From Candidatus Eremiobacteria bacterium (GTDB lineage Bacteria; Vulcanimicrobiota; Vulcanimicrobiia; Vulcanimicrobiales; Vulcanimicrobiaceae), in the NCBI GenBank assembly GCA_963758295.1, contig CAVWUU010000004.1:1216001-1280000 (forward strand): DNA of 64,000 nucleotides, in the 5' to 3' direction. A program made the translations under genes and the position numbers. Below are positions 28,962-37,700 of this stretch, piece by piece; positions within the stretch are counted from its first letter, which is position 1, and each line of letters begins with the position of its first letter. The notes beneath the pieces were generated by a model. The model did no database searches. It was not told the origin of the DNA and saw only the letters and a program-made list of their open reading frames with translations.

Positions 28962-29756
28962 ATGCTCGAGGCCTACAAGCAGTATTGGCGCGTCAATCTG
29001 CTCACGATGATTGAGTACCGCGCAAACTTCTTTATGTGGTTGGCGTTCACGATTGTCTATCACGGCGTAGCACTTGCGGCGCTCTTCGTAACGATGCGCA
29101 CGTTCCCGTCCATGAACGGATGGGATTTTCGCCAGATGTTCTTTCTCTACGCGTTGTGGATGACGGGCCACGAGCTGCATAACACCTTATTCTTCAACGT
29201 GGTGAGCGTTCCGGAATTCGTCCGCGAAGGCCGCTTCGACCGCTTTCTCGTTCGTCCGCTCGATGCACTTTTTCAGGTCCTCACCGTTCCGCAGCAGATC
29301 TTTCCCGACGGCCTTATCCTCGCCATCATGACGCTCGCCGTCGCAACCCCCTTCGCAGGTGTCCGCGTCGACTGGGTCTTCGGGATTTTTATTCCGCTCA
29401 CCGCAATCGGCGGCGCCTTGATCGACCTCGGGATTTCGCTTGCGATCGCAACCATGTCATTTTGGTTTGTGCGCGTGGATACGTTACGCTGGGCCGTGAT
29501 GTCGCTGGAACAAGATTTCACGCGCTATCCCATCAGCATTTACCAGCGCGGCGTGCGCCTCGTGCTCACGTTCATCTTTCCGTTTGCGTTCATGAACTAT
29601 TTCCCCGCAACGTTTTTCTTGCAGAAAGCGGAGACCGGATTGCACCTGAATCCCGCCGTCGGCTTGCTCACGCCCGCAATCGGCATTGCATGGCTTCTCG
29701 TTTCTTATGGATTCTGGCAGACCGGTCTGCGCCGGTACCAAGGAACCGGCTCGTGA
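28962..29756 (+). CDS. ABC-2 family permease (second DUF990-type subunit)
   Basis: EYRANF, VREGRFDRFLVRP, RYPISIY, PFAFMNYFPA, C-terminal YQGTGS. Confidence 0.9.
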   Translation: MLEAYKQYWRVNLLTMIEYRANFFMWLAFTIVYHGVALAALFVTMRTFPSMNGWDFRQMFFLYALWMTGHELHNTLFFNVVSVPEFVREGRFDRFLVRPLDALFQVLTVPQQIFPDGLILAIMTLAVATPFAGVRVDWVFGIFIPLTAIGGALIDLGISLAIATMSFWFVRVDTLRWAVMSLEQDFTRYPISIYQRGVRLVLTFIFPFAFMNYFPATFFLQKAETGLHLNPAVGLLTPAIGIAWLLVSYGFWQTGLRRYQGTGS

Positions 29757-30628
29757 ATCGCCGCGTCTTTCTCGCAAGCGGTGCCGCGTTCGGCTTACTG
29801 CCGCATCACGCTTTCGCCGGCGCCCTCGAATCGCAGATTCCCGCAATCGCCCGCGCAGCGAGCGGCGTCGTGGGCGTATACTGCCGTACGCTCGGGGATC
29901 AGCCGCCCGTTATCGCCTACAACCACCACGAGCAGTTCCCGGCGGCATCCACCATCAAGGTGCTCATCATGACAACGGCGTTTCGTCTGGAAGAACGCCG
30001 CCGCGGGACGCTGGACGACCGCATAACCACGCGGCGCAGCGATTTGATCGGCGGCTCGCCGTTCATGGAAACCCTTGCCGACGGCGCACGCGTACGCGTC
30101 CGCGATCTTGTCGTTCCGATGATTCAGGTGAGCGACAACACGGCGAGCAATGCGTTGATGCGCCACTTCGGATTGGACACGATTAACGCCGTCGGTGCTC
30201 GAGCCGGGATGCATCACACGCGGCTGGCGCGCACGTTTTTGGACTACACGGCAATCGTCCACCATCACGACAACGTGACTACGCCAAGCGACATGGCTGG
30301 ACTGCTTTTCCTCATTGCACGCGGCGCGCGAGAAGGTGAGAAGACGATCGCGTCGCCCGCGCACTGCCGCCGTATGATCGACATCATGCTGGGACAAACC
30401 GACCGCGACGCCATTCCCGCCGGTTTGCCGCCGCGAACGCAAGTCGCAAATAAAACCGGCGAGATCGACGGAACGCGCAACGATATTGCTATCGTCGAGC
30501 CGTTCCGCGACTCGCCGTACATTCTCACGATTTACAGTAAGTGGGTTGAGGACTACGGGGCCGTCTACGGTGCAATGCACCGCATCGCGCGCGCTTCATA
30601 CGCGGCGTTGAACGGTACGCAAGCCTAG
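29753..30628 (+). CDS. Tat-exported serine hydrolase, class A beta-lactamase-like fold
   Basis: NRRVFL Tat motif from GTG 29753; SxxK (ASTIK), SDN, KTG; no omega-loop ExxLN. Confidence 0.9.
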   Translation: MNRRVFLASGAAFGLLPHHAFAGALESQIPAIARAASGVVGVYCRTLGDQPPVIAYNHHEQFPAASTIKVLIMTTAFRLEERRRGTLDDRITTRRSDLIGGSPFMETLADGARVRVRDLVVPMIQVSDNTASNALMRHFGLDTINAVGARAGMHHTRLARTFLDYTAIVHHHDNVTTPSDMAGLLFLIARGAREGEKTIASPAHCRRMIDIMLGQTDRDAIPAGLPPRTQVANKTGEIDGTRNDIAIVEPFRDSPYILTIYSKWVEDYGAVYGAMHRIARASYAALNGTQA

Positions 30629-31113
30629 CCTTTCGGCTCGATCGTAACCTTCGTCATCTTGTCGCCACGGCGGATCTGGTCCAGCGCGTCGTAGCCGTCG
30701 CTCATTTGCCCGAACACCGTGTACTGATTATCGAGAAAACGCGCGTCGTCGAGACACACGTAGAACTGCGAACCGGCGGAGTTAGGGTCCGAGCTGCGCG
30801 CCATCGCAACCGTTCCGCGCAGGTGCGGCTTCGAGTTGAATTCCGCTTTCAAACGGTACCCTGGGCCGCCGGTCCCGTTGCCGTCGGGATCGCCGCCCTG
30901 GACGACGAAGCCGGGCTCGACCCGGTGGAACGACAGCCCGTCGTAAAACCCGGCGCCGGCCAGCTTGATGAAGGCGGCAGAGTGCGCCGGCGCATCATCC
31001 GGAAAAAACGTGAAGACGAGGTCGCCTTTATCGGTCGTTATACGAGCTTGTGAGGTCCGGGCGCGCTCGACCAAAGCTTCAAGTTCGTCCCCTTGGGGTG
31101 GTGAATAGGCCAC
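30625..31113 (-). CDS. Cyclophilin-type peptidyl-prolyl cis-trans isomerase
   Basis: GFYDGLSFHRVEPGFVVQGGDP, VAMARS, SAGSQFY, LDNQYTVFG. Confidence 0.95.
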   Translation of the reverse strand: MAYSPPQGDELEALVERARTSQARITTDKGDLVFTFFPDDAPAHSAAFIKLAGAGFYDGLSFHRVEPGFVVQGGDPDGNGTGGPGYRLKAEFNSKPHLRGTVAMARSSDPNSAGSQFYVCLDDARFLDNQYTVFGQMSDGYDALDQIRRGDKMTKVTIEPKG

Positions 31114-31240
31114 GTTTGAGGCTCCTTATCCGAGGTAGTTCGTGCGGGACGGGTTTTAGCGGAGCCTCGAATCGGGCCTTCCGCACGCAAAAACCGGGTT
31201 TGATGCAGGCGAAATCTGAGTAGAATCTACGAGGTTCGTC

Positions 31241-31708
31241 ATGTCCACTACATTCTACGGCCGCCCCGGAAACGAAGGCATCCCCAACATCCGGCTGCGC
31301 ATCCCGCCCGACGCCCGCTACGCCCGCACGGTCCGAGACGCGCTGATCGGGTTCGGTTCGCTGCACGGCGTTGGAGAAACGGATCTCGAAGCGCTGCTCT
31401 TTGCGGTCGGAGAAGCTCTCGCGAATGCTATCGAGCACTCGATGACCATGGCTGATATTGAAGTCTGCGCGGAAGTGGAGAAGCATCAAGTCACCGCAAC
31501 GGTAATCGATCGCGGGACCGGAATGCCGATGCTGCCCAGCGGTCGCGCGCCGCTGCCCGACGCGCTCTCGGAACGCGGACGCGGCATCCCGATCATGCAG
31601 CGCTGCGCCGACGTCTTCCAGGTGGCCCGCATGCCCGACGGCGGTACGGCGGTCACATTGGGACGTGTACGTCGTGAAAGAGCTCAGGAGTCGACGGTCG
31701 CGTCGTAA
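31241..31708 (+). CDS. RsbW-like anti-sigma factor / HATPase_c_2 protein
   Basis: AVGEALANAIEH, VIDRGTG, ERGRGIPIM, GGTAVTL. Confidence 0.88.
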   Translation: MSTTFYGRPGNEGIPNIRLRIPPDARYARTVRDALIGFGSLHGVGETDLEALLFAVGEALANAIEHSMTMADIEVCAEVEKHQVTATVIDRGTGMPMLPSGRAPLPDALSERGRGIPIMQRCADVFQVARMPDGGTAVTLGRVRRERAQESTVAS

Positions 31709-31720
31709 AAAGAGGGCGGC

Positions 31721-33070
31721 ATGAAGAAACGTGCCGCCGCATTTTTTACTGCCGCGTTGATCTTCGCGCCGCTTGCCGCACCAGCGCAAACGGCTGCCGG
31801 GACCGCGGCCGATCCTGAAATTTCCGCTATCCTCGCGCAAGTCGACGCCGGGCATCTGCGCAGGACCGATACAGCGCTTGTAGGTTTCGGAACGCGGTCG
31901 CTTTTTTCCGAACGAACCTCCACCGCAACACACGGAGTCTTCGGGGCGCGCGACTGGATCGCGTCGCAATTCCGAGATATCGCCGCTACGAGCGGCGGCC
32001 GCATGACCGTGACCCTCGACACCTATACGACGCCGCAACTGCGCGGCATGTCGCGCGCGGCCGAGTGCTCGAGCGTCATCGCCGTCTTAAAAGGCGACGA
32101 TCCCGACGGCCGCACGTACGTCATGTCCAGTCACTTCGATTCGCGCAACACCGATAACAACGACGGCGTCAATGCCGCGCCGGGCGCCGACGACAACGGT
32201 TCGGGCACCTCCGCCGTGATCGAAGCCGCACGCGTGCTCGCGCCGCATCGCTTTCACGCCACGATCGTCTTCGCAACGTTCGACGGCGAAGAGCAAGGCT
32301 TGCTCGGCTCCGACCACTACGCCAAATTGCTGCGCGCGCAAAGCGCTTACGTAGCCGGTGATTTGAACAACGACATCATCGGGAGCTCCCATGCCCCCGA
32401 CGGCAGCGCGCACCCCGGCGAGGCGCGCTTGTTCAGCGAGGCGCTGCCGCTAGGCGCCGACCGGACGACGGTCAACGGCAACGGATCGGAAAACGACTCG
32501 CCGTCGCGGGAGCTTGCGCGGTTCGTCCGGAGCGCGGACGCCGCTTACGTTCCTGCGATGCAAGCCGAAATGATCTATCGCGTCGATCGTTTTCATCGCG
32601 GCGGCGATGAAGAATCGTTCACGGCAGTGGGCTTTCCGGCGACGCGTTTCGTTGAAGCAAGCGAGAATTACGATCATCAGCATCAGAACGTTCGCACTGA
32701 AGGCGGCAAGCAATACGGGGACCTTTTGCAGTACGTCGACTTCGACTACCTTGCGAACATGACCAAGATGAACGTTGCGGCTCTCGCGGCATTGGCGCTT
32801 GGGCCAGGCGCTCCGGAACACGCCGAAATCATCAACGCGAAACCTGTTTACGACTCGACGCTTCGTTGGTCTGCGGTGCCGCGTGCCGCGAGCTACGAAA
32901 TCGTCTGGCGTTCCACCACGGCTCCGGATTGGGAACACGCTCAGAACGTCGGAGACGTCAAAGAAGCAACCGTGCCGGTGAACAAGGACGACTTCATTCT
33001 CGGCGTCCGCGCCGTTGATGCGCAGGGCCATCGAAGCGTCGTTAGTTACCCGCTTCCCGTACGCTCTTAG
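31721..33070 (+). CDS. M28 family metallopeptidase, secreted
   Basis: Signal peptide; SHFDS, GADDNGSG, GEEQGL, NNDI, GGD, DHQH. Confidence 0.92.
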   Translation: MKKRAAAFFTAALIFAPLAAPAQTAAGTAADPEISAILAQVDAGHLRRTDTALVGFGTRSLFSERTSTATHGVFGARDWIASQFRDIAATSGGRMTVTLDTYTTPQLRGMSRAAECSSVIAVLKGDDPDGRTYVMSSHFDSRNTDNNDGVNAAPGADDNGSGTSAVIEAARVLAPHRFHATIVFATFDGEEQGLLGSDHYAKLLRAQSAYVAGDLNNDIIGSSHAPDGSAHPGEARLFSEALPLGADRTTVNGNGSENDSPSRELARFVRSADAAYVPAMQAEMIYRVDRFHRGGDEESFTAVGFPATRFVEASENYDHQHQNVRTEGGKQYGDLLQYVDFDYLANMTKMNVAALAALALGPGAPEHAEIINAKPVYDSTLRWSAVPRAASYEIVWRSTTAPDWEHAQNVGDVKEATVPVNKDDFILGVRAVDAQGHRSVVSYPLPVRS

Positions 33071-33094
33071 GCATCTCATGGGTATGGACCATGC

Positions 33095-33817
33095 ATGTCC
33101 GGTGCATGGCCCGAAGAGTTCTTCCTAGTCCGCCACGGCGAAAGTGAAGGCAATGTCGCGCGAACGTGCGCGATGGCCGCAAACGCCGAAATCATCGACG
33201 TCGATGAAAACGATAAAGCCGTTCCGTTGAGCGCGCGCGGCGCGGAACAGGCCGCCGCGCTGGGAAAGTGGCTTACCGGCGATCCGCCGTCGATCGTCTG
33301 GACTTCGCCGTTCCGGCGCGCGCGCGAAACCGCACGGATCGCTGCCTCGGCATGGCCCGTACCGGCACAAATAGTCCTCGATGACCGCCTGCGCGAACGC
33401 TCCCTCGGTGTGCTCAATCGATTGACGGGCGCGGGGATTCGCGCGCGCTACCCGCAAGAGGCGCTCGCACGCATGCGCGTGGGGAAATTCGATTACCGGC
33501 CGCCGCTCGGCGAAAGCTGGGCCGATGTTGCGCATCGCCTGCGCGGCGTCGTGGATGCGTTGCATGCCTGTTCGTACAAGCGCGTGATGGTGGTCACGCA
33601 TCAAGTGGTCGTGATGTGCATGCGGTATTTGCTCGAGCACCTCACCGTCGCACAGCTAATGGCGATCGATGCGAAAACGTCCATCGCCAATTGCGCGGTG
33701 ACGCATTACCGGTCCACGCCCTCCGGAATCGAGCTTGTAAGCTTCAACGACGTTACGGCGCTCGCCGCGTTGAGCGCGCCCGTGACCAAGACGGACGATG
33801 CTGCAGACGCCCGCTAA
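33095..33817 (+). CDS. Histidine phosphatase family protein
   Basis: VRHGES, TSPFRRARETA, LRER, GESW, VTH. Confidence 0.92.
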   Translation: MSGAWPEEFFLVRHGESEGNVARTCAMAANAEIIDVDENDKAVPLSARGAEQAAALGKWLTGDPPSIVWTSPFRRARETARIAASAWPVPAQIVLDDRLRERSLGVLNRLTGAGIRARYPQEALARMRVGKFDYRPPLGESWADVAHRLRGVVDALHACSYKRVMVVTHQVVVMCMRYLLEHLTVAQLMAIDAKTSIANCAVTHYRSTPSGIELVSFNDVTALAALSAPVTKTDDAADAR

Positions 33818-34679
33818 GCGAATCGACAGCGCGCTGTTGCGCGACTGGCCTCTTCCCTTGCGGGAAGGCGATAAAGAAGCGCGCGGCCGAGTTCTGGTCG
33901 TCGCGGGCATGCGAACCGTTCCCGGCGCGGCGATTCTCGCCGCAACGGCCGCGCTTCGCGCCGGCGCCGGGAAACTGCAAGTGGCCGCGCCGGCAAGTGT
34001 TGCGACTGCGATCGGCGTCGAAATTCCGGAAGCGTTGGTGATGCCCTTCGAAGAAACGCCCGCCGGTGCGCCCTCGATGCAAAGCGTCCGCGTCGTGAGA
34101 GCCTACGCCGAGGATGCCGGAGCGGTCGTCCTGGGTCCCGGCATGGCGCCAAACGAGGAATGTACTTCGTTCGTCTGCGCGCTCGTGAAAGCGATTGAAG
34201 CGCCGGTCGTGCTCGATGCATCGGCGCTCTTTGCGTGTAAACGGGACGGGCACGTGCTCGAACACCTGGGAGCCGCCGCGGTGATGACGCCGCATGCAGC
34301 CGAACTCGCCGGCGTCTTGGACGAGCCGCGCGAATCGATCGAAGCAGAACCGCGGCGTTACGCGCTTGAAACGGCGCTTCGCTTTAAAGCAGTCGTCGCG
34401 CTCAAAGGCGTTACCACGTACATTGCGGGACCGGCCGGCGAGCTCTTCGTAAACGAAGCCGGCCACCCGGGACTGGGAACGTCCGGTTCCGGCGATGTGC
34501 TTGCCGGCATTATCGGAGGCTTACTCGCGCGCGGTGCCGCGCCGCTGCAGGCGGCCGTCTGGGGGGTTTCGCTTCACGCGCACGCAGGTCAAGCGCTCGG
34601 CCAGAACATGGGCATCGGATTTCTCGCGCGCGAGCTTCTGCCGCAAATTCCACTGCAATTGCGCGAATTGAGTTCCTAA
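33798..34679 (+). CDS. nnrD: ADP-dependent NAD(P)H-hydrate dehydratase
   Basis: DKEARGRVLVVAG, RAGAG, LGPGM, TPHAAE, LKG, GTSGSGDVLAG. Confidence 0.92.
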   Translation: MLQTPAKRIDSALLRDWPLPLREGDKEARGRVLVVAGMRTVPGAAILAATAALRAGAGKLQVAAPASVATAIGVEIPEALVMPFEETPAGAPSMQSVRVVRAYAEDAGAVVLGPGMAPNEECTSFVCALVKAIEAPVVLDASALFACKRDGHVLEHLGAAAVMTPHAAELAGVLDEPRESIEAEPRRYALETALRFKAVVALKGVTTYIAGPAGELFVNEAGHPGLGTSGSGDVLAGIIGGLLARGAAPLQAAVWGVSLHAHAGQALGQNMGIGFLARELLPQIPLQLRELSS

Positions 34680-34686
34680 GGAATGC

Positions 34687-34721
34687 AATGGGCGCGAGCT
34701 TTCGCTCGCGCCCATTTTCTT
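34687..34721 (+). terminator. Intrinsic terminator between convergent genes
   Basis: AATGGGCGCGAGC-TTTC-GCTCGCGCCCATT then TTCTT. Confidence 0.85.
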
Positions 34722-34738
34722 GGAAATCGCCGGAAGAT

Positions 34739-37700
34739 CTAGATCTTGACGGTGAGTTGGAAGTACGCCTGGAACGGATATCCGGCGAGTACGGGCACAT
34801 ACGGGTAGTTGAACACGTTGGGATACCCTGCCGTGCCGTTCGCCGCATCTGCCGGTGACTGACCGTAGAAATAGCCTGCTCCGGCGGTATTGAACGCTTC
34901 GCCCGGCGTCCATCCTAAATATGTGCTGTTGCCGGTAAACGCGTTGTAGTTTTGCGAGTACGAGCAAACCGCTTGATTCGGCTTGTAGGCAGCGCTCCAC
35001 GAGGTGGACGTACCGCCGAAGCAACGATTCAGAATGTTGGCCAGCGACACCGTGGCTGAAACCCGGGGCGAGAAGTCGTACGTTAACTGCGCGCCGAGAT
35101 TGAAGATCCACGGGTTCGTGAATTGGGCGACGCCGTCGAACCGGCCCGTTGCCGGATCCGGAATCGGGACTTGCCCCGCGCAGGTCTGGTAATCGGCCAG
35201 CTGTCCGCCGCCCGCAACGCCCGCTGCCGTTTGATTCTGCAAACAGCTCGTTGGGTCGATGCCGGGGATGAGAGCCGGTGAGCCATAGCGCGTTCCTTGC
35301 TGCAACACCGCGTTGAACGAACCTTGGAACTTGTTGTGCTTGTAAGCCAAGAAGCCCGCGAACACGTTTTGCGGAATTGCGGTTCCGAGATCGTTTCCTA
35401 CGCCGCCCAGATCCTGTGGGAAGTAGTTCGCGTAGGTCGGATACCATCCGTCGATCGGGAATTGCGCAAGGAATGTATTCAACGACGTATTCGGCAGCAT
35501 GTTGTAGTAGGGATTGACGACTGCCGCCGGATCCGCCGCGCAATTGGTAACGGGCGCACCTGCGTCGTAACAGGGTGCCGCACCGGTTGGATTCGTTGTC
35601 GCGTTGTACGCGTTGTTCGACGTCAGATTCCAGAACGTCGAGAGATTGCCGCGAAGCCCGGTTATAGCGTTTTGCCCGTTGATCAGGCTGTATTTTAGAC
35701 GCGCGTCCGTAAACGTGTACGAAAGCTGTCCGCTAACGCCGTTACGCGTCGGGTCGCCTTTTTGGACCTGGAATTCTACGCCTTCCGACCGCTGTGTGCC
35801 GGCGTTGAATCCGCCGGCCAAACCGCCCGGCAGAGAAACCGAGATCACCTGACTGGTCGTCCACCGGTAGAAAGGCGTGAGCTTCAGGCTCATGTCCGTT
35901 CCCTTGAAGTGGTGTTCCAGCGAGAGATCCCAGTTGTTCGAGTACTGAATCGGATTGTCGTGTATCGTCGACGTCAATCCGTTGTTGTAGTACTTCGAGT
36001 TGAAGACGTTCACCGCTTGACGGTAACCATCGACGTACGTCAATACTTGTTCCGCATACGTCGGGGTCGGTTGCGTGTACCGGCCGTACGTGAAACGAAC
36101 TACCGTGTCTGGATTGGCGGTGTACGTAAACCCGACACGCGGCGAAAACGTAGACTTGGTCAACGTCGAGCCGCCCGCTACGAGGCTAATTTCCGGAATG
36201 CCGTTCTGGCCCGGATGGTAGGTTTGCTCGCCGCGAACCGGATCGAACGGACACGTTCCGCCCGGGGCCGTCGTGGTGAAGCTCGGATATCCGAAACCCG
36301 CTGCGAATGGGTCGACGGATTGTCCTGGTGCTTGATTCTTGTTCGGCACTTGGAGCAAACCGGTCGGCGCGACGCAGGCCGTCGAGTTCACTTGATTTTG
36401 CCAGAAGATGCCTTCGGCATCGGTTGCGTTCGGAATGACGTATTGATACGACTCATACCGAACGCCGGCGTTGAGATCTATCCGGTCGTTGGGCCGGAAC
36501 TCGTCTTGCAGGGCAATGGTCGTGAATCGCGGCTGCACGCGGTTGATGTTGCTGAACGCACCGACGTTCTGAGCAATCGTCCAATCCGCGCCGGCTACCG
36601 GTGATGCGGGCAGTGCACCTGCACCAACGTTTAGCAGCGACGCCGCGGCGGTGCCGGTTGCCGAACTGTAGGCGCCTGCAAGCGCCGACAAGCAGGAAAC
36701 CGGTGTTCCCGCCGGGGCACCCGGCGCGTACGAAGCATCTATCGGCTTACCGCTCGAGCCAAGGTTTGCGGCGCCGGAGAAACATGCGCCCGAACCGTTC
36801 ATGAGGATGGCTGAAGGCGTGTTTGATGCGACCGTCGCCGCTTGACTGTTGTTCGCGCGTTGCCCGACCGACGCCGTGTAATTACCGGTGAACGTTATCA
36901 GGTTCTTCGCGTTGATTTGGTCGGCGGCTTGCAATTGCACGCCGCGCGTATGATAGGCAACCTCATAGTCCGGAGATGCGGGATTGAAGCCGTATCCGAA
37001 GACTGGGAAGTTCGAGTTGTCGTTGGGATTGTTTTGCAGCCAATCCGAATAGAACGTGTACCCGAAAAGCCGCACGTACGCGTTCGATCCGATATTTTTC
37101 GTGTACTGAATCTTCTCGATCGAGCCATTGTTGAACGCCGACGACTGCGTGTTGTTGCTTTGGCCGAAGCCGACGGGCCTGTTCAACGGCGAACTCGGGA
37201 AGTAGTACGGCAGCACGTGGCCGGCGGCGGTTGAAGCCGGAGCTCCGAAGCCGACACCGCTCAAGAACGCCGAATCGCCGTACGGTTCGGGACCTGGTGA
37301 GTTGGCGTAGATCGTGCAGCCGTTGCCGCTTCCGAACACAGACGCGAAGAAGTTCTCATACGCGCACAAGTTCGGCGTCGATCCGTTCCACTGGCCAAAC
37401 GCGGGAGCCGCCGGATTGGTCACCGGTGCCGGAAGCGGTGCGCCGGTGAGCAACGTCGACCAGAAGTTCCCGTACCCGGTTGGGCCGGCCCATCCGGATA
37501 ACGCACTTTCAACGTTGGTAGCACCCGTGCCGCCCGTGTTGAAGTTATCCCAACCGATCGAATGGTACGAGAAGTTGTCGAACAGGAGTTGAATGTCATC
37601 GCGACCCGCGTCTTTCTTGTGCGGAATTCCGACGTGGAAGTTGATGACATTTTCGCGATCCTGCGTTTGATAACCGTACGCACCAAAGCCGCCCGCGCCT

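Noticed and set aside
29753..30628. Possible class A beta-lactamase resistance gene
   Set aside because: Lacks the omega-loop Glu166 motif; better described as a beta-lactamase-like serine hydrolase
31114..31200. Identification of the cyclophilin leader as a SAM-II riboswitch (GAUU...GCUAAA-like words)
   Set aside because: Order of elements does not fit SAM-II and the downstream gene is unrelated to SAM; kept only as an unknown structured leader
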